From: Lama guanicoe
Taxonomy: Eukaryota
Assembly (NCBI GenBank): GCA_013239625.1
Contig: MU053652.1
Coordinates: 7,245,902 to 7,309,901, forward strand
DNA length: 64,000 nt
Reading direction: 5' to 3'
Part shown: positions 51,741 to 64,000 of the stretch, one piece after another
Position numbering within the stretch: position 1 is the first letter of the stretch
Layout: the number at the start of each line of letters is the position of its first letter
Made by a program: the position numbers and the translations under genes
The notes under the pieces: generated by a model
Seen by the model: the letters and a program-made list of their open reading frames with translations, nothing else
What the model was told of the DNA's origin: nothing
Databases searched by the model: none

Positions 51741-54149
51741 AACAAGTAGAAGAGGCAAGTAAAATCATCAGCAAAAAGAAAACAAAAGAATAAAAGTCAG
51801 ATAACATAAAAGGAAGCAACACACACAATGAAAATGCTTGAAAAACTGAGACACTGCCTGAAGCAAAACACTAACAGACCAAAGAAACTCATTTTCTGTT
51901 CTGATGAGGAACAGACAATTTAAAAAGGAAAAGACTTCAGAGGAAAGATGAGAGATGGAAATCCTGAGAGTGTAATCTGCAAGTATGTGTCCATGCCTTT
52001 TGGATTAGTTGTGACAATGTTTATGCGTGTCTCCAAACAACACAGTTTCCAGCTTTTGGGGAAACTTGCTGATTATCCACCCGCAGGGAATTTAAGTTTT
52101 TTTTTCCTTAGTAGTCTGGAACAAAATGGGTAGGAGGTGAGCAGTAACCTTCATAAATAATATTTACAGACAGTGAAACAGACTTTCATAAATAATATTT
52201 ACTTAGAATTTTTTAGTTTTTATAGAATTGACTTCTTTTTTAAAAATTCTTTAAAATGATTTTTAAAAAAGAACCCTTAATAATATGCACTTTGAATAAA
52301 TCTCTAAAGGAAAAGGTATTTTTTCCCCTACTTTTCCATAGACTCTGCAAACAAGTATCGAGGACCTACTGTGTTTAGATCCTTATGTAAGCAGGCCCCA
52401 TAAGATTTCCGTCCAATTGTGACATATAATCACATGTCAGACAAAGACATTAGAGCCCTTTATTTGAGAGCAGATAAAACATTTACAGTCTGATTCTTGC
52501 ATTTGTACAATGGACTTAAAAGTACTTTGAGCTATACTCTAGGTTTGCAAATATGCAAAAACATAATTACTTGGATGATTTCCCACATACTTTGGTTAGC
52601 TTTGAAAGTCTTACAGTTCATTAAAAATGTATGAAGATGGTCCCAAAAGAGACTTAGATTTAAGGTGACAGCATCACCACATGTCTAACTCTGTCTAAGG
52701 AGATTGCCATTAAGAGGACCAATGGACTTCTTAACTTAAAAGAAAAATAAAGAAAGCAACCTTTTACTAACCAGTTAAATGTGGACTAGTGATAGCCACT
52801 GTCCAGAAACGGGAAGATTTCTATTCCAAGTAGATCAAATAGAAGAAGAATGAAAGGCAAACATACCTTATAGCAAAGAGGACCTGGGAATAAGTGGGAA
52901 TCCCAAAGAAACCCGGATGCTCACCACCGGGGAGCCTGGGGCCTTACTTGGTGCTAAAGTCACAATGAATATGGTGCATCCTCGGATTTAACGTGTCCTG
53001 GTTTATCGTGCACATAAAACAGTGCCCTATCCTTGTTAATTTCCCACTGCCAATCAAAACAAAGAAAATAACATCTTCAAAGAAAAAGTCTGCACTTCTT
53101 CACTTCCTCCAGTCTGTTGAATCTCTTAGCTAGTCAAGTAAATGTGCAGCCTAGATTTATTCCTTTCTTCTAACTCTGGAGCCAAAAGATTCAGGTAGGG
53201 ATCTATACCAACATCTGACAGACCCCGTTTCAAGCATAGATCTTCCTTTAAAAGATGGAGTAAACAGAAAAGAAAAAGGTCATTACCTGACTTATAAAAA
53301 TACTTTCCAATTCATGAAAAGTACAAATATTTTCTTCTCAAAAAGAATGCAACGAGCAGTAGGAAATTTTTAAAAACTTTTTCCCCCATTTCTTTAAATA
53401 AACATGTACAATGGTTAAAATTAGAAATAACACACAGAATATTTCAATATAGCAACCAAATGAAATCTATTCAAGATCACATAAAACTCTCCTTATTAAC
53501 TCCTTCACTCCTTGTTCTTAAACATACGTCAGCATTTGGAATCAAAAGGTGTGGGTTCAAGTTTTGGCTCTTTAAATTCTATAAGCTAAGTGTTCTCCAA
53601 AATGTTATTTAGTACCTTCATCTATAAAAATGTTTTATTTTGTGCTGGGAGCACTTAATATGAAAATTAAATGCCTATCCCGTGAAGAATTCTAAATACA
53701 TTTTAGTTTTCCACCCTCCCCTTTCTCTCTTCCTTCTTTCCATCGCACCTTTCCAATTACTGGCTCATTATTCTTCTCCATTTCATAACTACATTTCTTT
53801 CATTAAAATTTTACATGTGACATTCTGCCTTTTCTCACACCCATTCCATTCTTTGCTTCATACCTTGCTGTCTCACTGAAGCCCTATCATTTAAATTCAT
53901 CTTTGCCCAGATCCACTTACTTTTTTTCTAGTTATCCTCTTTTGACATTCTCTTGTCCTTCACATCGCAAGCTAGAATTTCTCCTTCTTGAACTCTTTCT
54001 TGGCATGGAAAGTGCAGTCCTGGACCTTACCTCCAACTTTGGTTCCACACCAAAGTCTTGAACCAAATTCATGAACCAGTCATGTACCCGGGAAATGCAA
54101 AGGACTGTGGGAGAAAGCATAGTGTGTCAGTTACTTAGTCTGAAACGTA

Positions 54150-54385
54150 CACTGTAGAAGTTAAGTGTGTGGAGTCTTGGAGCCAGGCCTTGATTGAAAA
54201 CACAGTTTCACTACTTCCTTGAGGTGTGAGCTTGGTCAAGTTACTTCATCCCCTTGGCCTCAGTTTGCCTAAATTTTCTTGAAATCCTGAGGTTTGAAGG
54301 AGATAATGAAGGTGATGCAATTAGCACAATGCCCAGTATGTGATAACAGCTATTATTTATAGATCACTCAGTAAATGTTAGTTCA
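54150..54385 (+). mobile_element. MIR SINE
   Basis: gtgtgagcttggtcaagttacttcatcccct-ggcctcagttt...ttagcacaatgcc...ctcagtaaatgttag. Confidence 0.7.
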
Positions 54386-55197
54386 TATTAACTTAAGGAT
54401 CTTCCAAATAAGAGATGAGAATTAAATAAACAGATGAGTGATATTACTTTAATTACTTTCGTATTTATCTGTTAATCTCATACTTTTTCAAAACAACGCC
54501 TTTCTTTTATTCAGAATCTTGTAAAGTTCCTAATGAAAGTTGAACTTTCATGATTAAGATTCAGAAACAGTAGTACATTTTCAAATATTTATGAACAGAA
54601 AAAAATTCAGTCACAGAATGGTCACTTAAATATACCCAATTTAATTCTGCAGACAAGTCTAAAACCTCTGTGTATTGGAATGAATCTTATATCAATGAAT
54701 TGTGATGGGGGTGATAGGTGAGGTTTGAGTACAAGAGTGTTTTCTTACTTCTAGCATTCTGAGTATTTATATTTTATAGTTCACATGTTATCAATAAGTG
54801 AAAAATTACCCAGCAAGTACTAATTAAGCTCTCTCGATCTTCAGTATGTCTACAGGTAAGGTAGATCTTTCTGTGGTTTGTGTCACTTTCACTACAAGAC
54901 TAAAGCTTTGAATTTTAATATTTGGCACTCATACATCTATCAAAATTCATTTTAATTCATCCATAAACATGTCATTTGCATGTTGATTAACTGTCACAAT
55001 TTCCCCGGTAACAATCTCAGGTTGGAAGTGCCCATAAATCACAACTGAACAGATTTCTATTAATTCCAAAACCTCGTATGAAATAATTGCTGTTTTTTCT
55101 GAAGAAAATCTGTAGGCAATATGCAAATTATACATTTTGTTTATACATGCAATCTATAGTTGATGTTCTAATTATGCATTTGTTTATACATAAAACC

Positions 55198-58100
55198 TGG
55201 ATTTCCAAATCAAGGGCTATAAATATAAAAAAAGATCTAGCCAGACTGAAATGCAAATTTCTTGTGATCCAATTCAACAGTTTGGCAAGGGGAGACTCTT
55301 TTAAAATGGATGGATTCACGCTGGCAATGGCACGCAGTGGCATTTCCTAGTGCAAGGCAGGAGAGGGCGCTCTTCCCCACGGTATTCTGGTCTAATCCTC
55401 CAGGAGCACGTCAGGTGTGAGAAGCCTGATGAGGAAAACACCCCTCCCCCGAAGCTCAAGCAGCATCTTGGCGATGTCCTGTTTGAAGACCCCGAGAAAC
55501 ACGATTAGACGTACCACGGCTCGGGGCAGGACCTTTCTCAGTTCTGTTGAGGTTCTCAGGGATTCCAAACGGTTTGGGAGGAATATGAAGTTACAGTGTC
55601 CACTCAGAACTAAAAAAGGGCTTCCAACCCAGTAAGTGCCAACAGTCCTAAGTGTCCTGGAGCCAAACGATACCAGCTTGGTGAGCGCCTTACAAACTTC
55701 CCGGGGACCAGGGCAGATTTATTCCCGAGTAGGGTTCTAGGAGGTGGAAGATTGCACAACTCTGAATATGCAGTGCACGTAAGACTTTGAATTCTGGATG
55801 CCTTCCTTCACATATCCTTTAAGCGTTTGAAATGCAAAATCAAAGTTCATGATCTTTGGAGGATCGAAGCTTTGAACTGCTTCTGCCCTCTTTAAAGAAT
55901 GGTTTTGGCTCTGTTTTGGGAATTCAACAGCTAGAATCCTCCCACATTGCTTTTATTCTGCTTTAAATTGTGCTATGTTTGTCATGAGCCTCATTTCTTT
56001 ACTTAAAGCACTGTTGATAGCATGGAAATATTTATTTATTTATTTATTTATTTATTTAGGTTAACACTGGGCATACTCCCAGCCTGAAGACTGGGCACCT
56101 ATAGAGTGACTACACAGCTAACACCTAGGTCTGTTTTTAATGGAACTATTATCCTGAATCTTGCCCTTCTGAGTTAGTTTTATGTGTTGTACATTATAGA
56201 GTCTCTGAGGTGCTCATCCTATTATCCCAGTTACTGTTATTAATGCCCAAAGAGCACTTATGCTCTTGCTTTTAGCAAATCAACAGGCATTTCTTCGTTT
56301 CAGCAATAGGCTAAAAATAAAAACAGGGTTGACACCGAATTGTGACTGGATGAATTCAGTAGTTCACATTAAATTAGTTCTCAGAAATAGATCTTAAAAA
56401 TCATCAGTAAATGTAGGTTATCATGTCAAAATGATCATTCAATAGGTTTCTAACATCCAGAAAATAACGGAAGGGGGTATGTATGTTTTCAAGGAAAAGT
56501 CAGGGAAATGGAATGAAATGGCGTTTTATTGGCAAATTGACATCTTGCTACTCTTCAATTAAAACCTTTACCTAGGGAGGCAGTTGGTGCCCTAGAGGGA
56601 AAAGCAAGGAAGTGAGGACACCTAGGCCCTGGGTCTTCGCTAATTAGTTGTATCACTGCCATGTTTATTTCCAACTCTGAGTCTCAGGCTGCAGAGTTGT
56701 CAAATGTGCAGCACGGGGCATCGCAGAAGGGAAAAATCATTTGAGGAGTTAAAATTATTCACACTTACATGGCATTTATTTGAAAAAATTAAAGCATATG
56801 TTATATATGTATATCTATATCTCTACATATGGCTATAAATAAACTAATAACTATATCATAGACATAGACACGCACATGGCCAGGAAGGCAATATGGTGAA
56901 CCAGGAAGTAAAGGGTAAGAAAGGAGAGGGAAACAGTTTGTGGGTAATCAACCTCTTCTATTTTTGTCATGGCAAAGATGCTTCCAAGTTTCCTGAGTTA
57001 AAAGGGAAAAAAATTATGTTAGAAATATTTCTGTCCCATGGAAATAAGTTTTCATTTCCAAATGGAATGAATTACTTTGACTTAATTACTTAAGTCAAAA
57101 TGTCAAGGATATTTTTTTTCCAGAAACGAATACATAAATGTTACCAAGCATTTTTTCCCCCAAACTCTTTTCAAGTTAAACATTCTGCGGCTTTGCCTGC
57201 CATCCGGCGGTTTTGCACAGCTCCTAACAACTGACCCATTTATTTCCTGAGTCTGAGGATAGCCATGGCTCCTCCTCCTCCCTCCTGCTCCCTCTCCACA
57301 CTCCTCATCCCCATCCTCCCCCTCTTTCTGTTCCTCACTGCCCCCACCCCGACATCTCTCCCTAGGCTCACACTGTTCTTCCCCCCTGGAAGTCCCTTGA
57401 TCCATGAGTCTCCTGGGTCATCTTCCTTTAGCTGTTTCTGAGTTTGTCTCTCTGCCTTTTCTAGTCTATGGATTTCCAAATCAAGGGCTATAAATATAAA
57501 AAAAGATCTAGCCAGACTGAAATGCAAATTTCTTGTGATCCAATTCAACAGTTTGGCAAGGGGAGACTCTTTTAAAATGGATGGATTCACGCTGGCAATG
57601 GCACGCAGTGGCATTTCCTAGTGCAAGGCAGGAGAGGGCGCTCTTCCCCACGGTATTCTGGTCTAATCCTCCAGGAGCACGTCAGGTGTGAGAAGCCTGA
57701 TGAGGAAAACACCCCTCCCCCGAAGCTCAAGCAGCATCTTGGCGATGTCCTGTTTGAAGACCCCGAGAAACACGATTAGACATACCACGGCTCGGGGCAG
57801 GACCTTTCTCAGTTCTGTTGAGGTTCTCAGGGATTCCAAACGGTTTGGGAGGAATATGAAGTTACAGTGTCCACTCAGAACTAAAAAAGGGCTTCCAACC
57901 CAGTAAGTGCCAACAGTCCTAAGTGTCCTGGAGCCAAACGATACCAGCTTGGTGAGCGCCTTCTGACCAAACTTCCCCGGGGACCAGGGCAGATTTATTC
58001 CCGAGTAGGGTTCTAGGAGGTGGAAGATTGCACAACTCTGAATATGCAGTGCACGTAAGACTTTGAATTCTGGATGCCTTCCTTCACATATCCTTTAAGC

Positions 58101-59743
58101 GTTTGAAATGCAAAATCAAAGTTCATGATCTTTGGAGGATCGAAGCTTTGAACTGCTTCTGCCCTCTTTAAAGAATGGTTTTGGCTCTGTTTTGGGAATT
58201 CAACAGCTAGAATCCTCCCACATTGCTTTTATTCTGCTTTAAATTGTGCTATGTTTGTCATGAGCCTCATTTCTTTACTTAAAGCACTGTTGATAGCATG
58301 GAAATATTTATTTATTTATTTATTTATTTATTTAGGTTAACACTGGGCATACTCCCAGCCTGAAGACTGGGCACCTATAGAGTGACTACACAGCTAACAC
58401 CTAGGTCTGTTTTTAATGGAACTATTATCCTGAATCTTGCCCTTCTGAGTTAGTTTTATGTGTTGTACATTATAGAGTCTCTGAGGTGCTCATCCTATTA
58501 TCCCAGTCACTGTTATTAATGCCCAAAGAGCACTTATGCTCTTGCTTTTAGCAAATCAACAGGCATTTCTTCGTTTCAGCAATAGGCTAAAAATAAAAAC
58601 AGGGTTGACACCGAATTGTGACTGGATGAATTCAGTAGTTCACATTAAATTAGTTCTCAGAAATAGATCTTAAAAATCATCAGTAAATGTAGGTTATCAT
58701 GTCAAAATGATCATTCAATAGGTTTCTAACATCCAGAAAATAACGGAAGGGGGTATGTATGTTTTCAAGGAAAAGTCAGGGAAATGGAATGAAATGGCGT
58801 TTTATTGGCAAATTGACATCTTGCTACTCTTCAATTAAAACCTTTACCTAGGGAGGCAGTTGGTGCCCTAGAGGGAAAAGCAAGGAAGTGAGGACACCTA
58901 GGCCCTGGGTCTTCGCTAATTAGTTGTATCACTGCCATGTTTATTTCCAACTCTGAGTCTCAGGCTGCAGAGTTGTCAAATGTGCAGCACGGGGCATCGC
59001 AGAAGGGAAAAATCATTTGAGGAGTTAAAATTATTCACACTTACATGGCATTTATTTGAAAAAATTAAAGCATATGTTATATATGTATATCTATATCTCT
59101 ACATATGGCTATAAATAAACTAATAACTATATCATAGACATAGACACGCACATGGCCAGGAAGGCAATATGGTGAACCAGGAAGTAAAGGGTAAGAAAGG
59201 AGAGGGAAACAGTTTGTGGGTAATCAACCTCTTCTATTTTTGTCATGGCAAAGATGCTTCCAAGTTTCCTGAGTTAAAAGGGAAAAAAATTATGTTAGAA
59301 ATATTTCTGTCCCATGGAAATAAGTTTTCATTTCCAAATGGAATGAATTACTTTGACTTAATTACTTAAGTCAAAATGTCAAGGATATTTTTTTTCCAGA
59401 AAAGAATACATAAATGTTACCAAGCATTTTTTCCCCCAAACTCTTTTCAAGTTAAACATTCTGCGGCTTTGCCTGCCATCCGGCGGTTTTGCACAGCTCC
59501 TAACAACTGACCCATTTATTTCCTGAGTCTGAGGATAGCCATGGCTCCTCCTCCTCCCTCCTGCTCCCTCTCCACACTCCTCATCCCCATCCTCCCCCTC
59601 TTTCTGTTCCTCACTGCCCCCACCCCGACATCTCTCCCTAGGCTCACACTGTTCTTCCCCCCTGGAAGTCCCTTGATCCATGAGTCTCCTGGGTCATCTT
59701 CCTTTAGCTGTTTCTGAGTTTGTCTCTCTGCCTTTTCTAGTCT
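55198..59743. repeat. Tandem duplication of a ~2.27-kb unit (55198-57467; 57469-59743)
   Basis: Identical or near-identical ORFs at offsets 2271/2276; I saw only 3 substitutions and one 5-nt indel cluster. Confidence 0.97.
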
Positions 59744-60030
59744 GTTTTTTCCCCTCCTTCTTTATCTATCTCCTTTCTTCCTTCTTCACTGAGGGCAATA
59801 TAAAATGGACCTATAGTTTTAAAATATTTGGTGTATAAATTAATAAAGTTGTGCGTTTCCTGTTCTAATTTCAAAATAGGGTGGATTGTTCTGATTTTTT
59901 TTTTAAACAACAATCGAACCACTGTAATTAAAGGAAGGCTTTGTGTGACGTATGGGTGTGTGAGTGTGCACACTGCACCTGTGTGTGGTTTATCAGTTAG
60001 CCGGTCGGTCGGGTGAGCAGTGCAATCATC

Positions 60031-60419
60031 CTGTGAAGATGACAATACCAGTGTCCCTATTTGCTCTTCTGGGTGTGGACTCCAACCTTCACTCCCCGGG
60101 TCATGTTTCCTTGAGGCTGGTCTGTATGAACATTACCATCAACATGGATCCTGTGCCCTCAAGCTGAGCTTAGCAAATAGGAGTTCTGGGAGGGTGATGG
60201 AGGGGGGTCCCTGCTGTGTGCAGGTTCACCCACTCTTTCTTTCTGAGTTTTGGCAATTCTACTTCCCAATATCTCTTTAGCTTGGGCTCCTGCCCTGTCC
60301 TTTCACTTCCCCAACGCTTCATTTATACCTTTTAATTCGATTTTTGAACAATAAACCCTCCACAGATTACCCTAGTTCAGGTGTGTCATACGTAGCCTGT
60401 TGGAAACCTGGTGGATACA
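60031..60419 (+). mobile_element. LTR33-like ERVL LTR
   Basis: gaggctggtctgtatgaacattaccatcaacatggatcctgtgccctc...aataaaccctcc...gataca; TG...CA ends. Confidence 0.55.
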
Positions 60420-61244
60420 GCAACATCCATTCATGTATTCATCCTTTTAGTAAATATTTCTTCAGTGTCTACTAAGTGCCAGGCTCAGGACTACGCTACA
60501 GGGATATGAATGGTTGTCAAAAAAACAGTCCCAGCTTCTGACCTCCTGGAGATTAAAATTTAGTGTGGAAATGTTTCTCCATCTCCGTGGGTGGCCCAAG
60601 TTGATTGAATTTATCACTCTTTTACTTGATACTTGATAAAATCTAGCTCAAACTCAATGTCAATGCCACACTCCAAGCATTGTAAGCAGTTGCTTTATCT
60701 CTCTAGAATATTTCTTAATAGACATTCTGCCGAAGAACATGTGGGAGCAGCAGGTGCATGTATTTCTAGACAGGAGCATACTAATCAGCTGCCAACATGT
60801 TCCACCTGGCCAGAGGTGCGAACAGGGCGGCACGTGTCCATTCCTCCTACTACCTTTCCCAGGTTGACTGGTCCAAGTACTTAAGCATCACCGTCAGTGC
60901 CTCGAAGAGCGTTTTTCTTGGTGGCGGTACTTTGTTTGACTTGATCACTTTACTCGATGGAGGGTAACCGAAAGTGGTCACAATTTATTTGTAGGCGATT
61001 CACGTCATTTCGATGTGTGGACACCTAATAAAATGCCATCATCAGAGAATGAAATCCATGTGAATTTTTTTTTAACTTAGAAAATCTTACATTATTTAGC
61101 TCTGCTGTGGCTTTAAAATCACCCTAGCCACAGCTTTCATGATGGCTCTATCAAGTTTGCTTTTTAAGGTTTCTTTTTGTTGCTGTTCAGTCCGGTCAAT
61201 GTCTTTCTATAGTCGTAACAAAAATTGTCTTCCTTTAGTTGTAA

Positions 61245-61447
61245 TAACTTACCTCACACCAGTAGGATGGCTACTATAAAAAATATTGATAGTAACAAGT
61301 GTCAGAAAGAACATGGAGAACTGAAACCCTATGTACTGTCAGTGGTAATTATTTCATAATATATACATGTGTCAAACTATCATATTGTATACTCTAAACT
61401 TACACTGTATGTCAATTATATTGTGTATTTTATACTGAATAAAACTG
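61245..61447 (+). mobile_element. L1 fragment
   Basis: acctcacaccagtaggatggctactat...catggagaactgaaaccct...tgtatgtcaattata. Confidence 0.7.
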
Positions 61448-61549
61448 GGGGGGGGGACCCAAATGTCTCTGTAAATCATTTCTCTATGTCCTCCTATTCC
61501 TAGTTAAAATCATTCCTCCTTCTGTTGTGTTCCCTTAATAATTACCATT

Positions 61550-62075
61550 TCTGAAGTGTCTATTATGTGCCACAATTGTGCTTTGACCTTATAAATGTTA
61601 TCTCCAATTCTGACAACAACCCTTTAAGGATATCTCATTACCCTTATTTTATAGATGAAAAAACAGGGCTCAGAGAGGCCAAGTAATTTGTCCAAGTTTC
61701 CCTGGGCAAACATTTCCTGCCTCAGGGCTTTTACACTTGCTGTTTCCTCTTCCTGAGATGTTCCGCCTCCAGGTCTTGGGATGGCAGGCTTTTTATTTGT
61801 CAGCTTTCCACTCAAAATTGCCTCCTCAGAGAAGCCTTCCATAATCATCCAATCTAAAGAACTCTCCATCATATCTGTCCATTTTGTTATTTCTTGGTAG
61901 TAGTTGTTACTTTCTGAGAGTAGCTTGTTCATTTACTTTTTCACTTATGTATGTCCATCTGTTCTACTAAAATGGAAGGACAGGAGAGGAATGCGTTGTG
62001 AGCCCCATTCTCCACAGTACGTTCTCAGCTCCCCAAACAGTGCCTGAGAGTATTTGATGAATGAGTGAATAAATG
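61550..62075. mobile_element. MIR followed by L2 remnant
   Basis: ttttatagatgaaaaaacagggctcagagaggccaagtaatttgtccaag; cctgcctcagggcttttacacttgctgttt...gatgaatgagtgaat. Confidence 0.7.
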
Positions 62076-62215
62076 GAAAAATCTTAGATATGATCCCATG
62101 ACTTTTCTGCTCTGTATTCTTTCTACCCCACTTTAATAGTCTGTACACCATTAAAGATTACAAAGTTTGCATATACTGAAACATATATATCCTAAAAAAT
62201 TTATGCTAATACTGA

Positions 62216-62600
62216 CTGTATTACTTAGTATTCTCTAGGAAAACAAATCAATAGATTGTGTGTGTGTATATATATATATATATATACACTCATATATATA
62301 CATATATGAGAGAGAGAGAGAAAGACCTGTTGATGAATTGGCTCACACAATGATAGAGGCTGGCAAGTTTAACATTTTCAGGGTGGTCTGAGAGGCTGAA
62401 GACCCAGAGAAGAGCTGATGTTGAAGTCTGCCAGCAGAATTTGGTTCTATTTAGGCCTTCAGCCGATTGGATGAGGCCCACTCACTATACAGAGAACAAC
62501 CTGCTTTACTCAAAGTTCCCCAGTTTACATGTAAATCTCATCCAAAACCATCCTCACAGAATCATCACTTTTAATATATCCCCCAAATGCCAACCATCAT
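62216..62600 (-). mobile_element. MLT2 LTR with internal (TG/TA/GA)n microsatellite
   Basis: gaattggctcacacaatgatagaggctggcaagt...gattggatgaggcccactcac...ctgctttactcaaagt. Confidence 0.8.
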
Positions 62601-64000
62601 CTTTTCACCTTAATTAAATGATGAAATAATTCAGAATAAAAACACTGTGAACATTTGAAAATATAAGTATATATCACATGACTATTACCTGCATGGCTCT
62701 TTGCTTGATGCTGGCCTCCAACAGATGAATGAAATAGACAGACTTCCCATAGTCATAGAACTGACAGTTTGATGGTGAAATAAATATATTCATAAGATCG
62801 TATGATTTTTATGTGCAACATGAAAAGAAACCTAAATTTTCTCGACTCAGTGTCACAGTTACACGTTTATGAAGCTGATTTCTTTTTTTCTCCACAACGC
62901 TCACCCTATAACCGTTCCGTCAGCCTCCCTGACCTTTTCCAACAGTGACATCCACAAAGAACACAGCTGTGTCACCAGGACGTCAACATGATCGTTTGCT
63001 AGTTTGGATGAGTTACTGTGATGCTCAGAGTCTCTGTGTCTTCATTTCTAAAGGGAGTGTGATCATTTCTCCGTTGTCACAATGGGATGGTAATGTGATT
63101 GACAGAAAGATGGAAGGTCTTAGTGGCAAATGGTTGGGAAATTCACAGCAATGGGAAAAACAGAACAGTTACATAAAGCAGGGTAAAACCCAGTGAGGTT
63201 TTGGAGACCAGTATATTTCCCCTGCACCCCCATGGGATTACGCAGCTTCGGGTGACACTGCTTGAATGGAGCAGTGTCCCACTAGGTGGGAGAAGCTTCC
63301 TTTGCCATTTTCAAGGTTTTTATATTTTATTTTTATTTTCATTTTTAATACTCTACTACTGGTATCAGATGGGCTGCTCTGAAAACGCTGGCTAAATGCC
63401 TGCCTCCTGACTAGGTGCAAATAACTAGCACAAAACAAAATTAGCACCTTCCCGAGTGTTTATGTGGAGGTGGGATGAAGTGGAGCTCTACTACCCGCTA
63501 TCAGGCTTCAGCCCGCCTGCACTTAGCTCCATGAGGGTCCGTCTTGAAAACTAGCTCACAAAGACTCTCCATGGAGATGTTTAAAGCACCCAGCCCATGA
63601 TGGGCACCCATCAGTTAAAAACTGGAATTCCATGACATGAATAATATTGGCCAGAAACTTATGAGCTGGGTTCTCTTTATTGCTAATGTCACTCATAACA
63701 GCAAGTTATTATTATTATGTAATTCTGTATGTTATCATGCAGTGTTCTATACTTACTGCATATTCAGATTTTTCATATTCCCAACCTTTGAATGTAACAA
63801 GTTCTGGTGATTATATAATATCCTATTCTGTATTTTTCTCAGGAACAAGTGTATATGCTTAAAAAATGACTACACAAATATTTAACTGGTTTCAGTCAGA
63901 ATGAGCTTTCTCTTGATTTTCTTCACGTTAAGAATAGCAAGCTATACTATTTTGACTACAAATCACACATTTTAAAAAGCCATTCAGTTGTGTTACATGA

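Noticed and set aside
52150..52202. ~20-bp direct repeat (ttcataaataatatttac) with a short spacer, superficially CRISPR-like
   Set aside because: Only two copies in mammalian DNA with no cas genes; ordinary slippage duplication.
55417..55635. 72-aa ORF repeated at 57688-57906
   Set aside because: GTG start, no recognisable homology; the repetition simply reflects the tandem duplication.

Overview
AT-rich mammalian genomic DNA, most likely camelid, judged from a Vic-1-type tRNA-derived SINE at ~48.1-48.2 kb. Positions 1200-24080 hold the last 11 coding exons of POT1 (Protection of Telomeres 1, shelterin) on the + strand. All have GT-AG boundaries and splice in frame to 456 codons plus TAA, covering the end of OB2, the linker, OB3, the Zn site and the HJR-like domain. 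The 5' exons lie upstream of the window. The remaining ~40 kb is 3' UTR and intergenic DNA rich in L1, L2, CR1/L3, MIR and LTR remnants, with a 411-N assembly gap. Points worth a second look: (1) a TSD-flanked L1 that keeps its 5'UTR and ORF1 but lacks nearly all of ORF2, joined at a splice-like junction and with a doubled 3' end; (2) an L1 fragment whose target-site duplication copied a POT1 splice donor; (3) a perfect cryptic donor downstream of the weak donor of the last POT1 intron; (4) a ~99.6% identical 2.27-kb tandem duplication of a promoter-like segment, which may be an assembly artefact. I found no convincing evidence of a wholly new biological system, and most ORF-track entries are spurious. 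Repeat family names and human comparisons come from recall, not from a database search.
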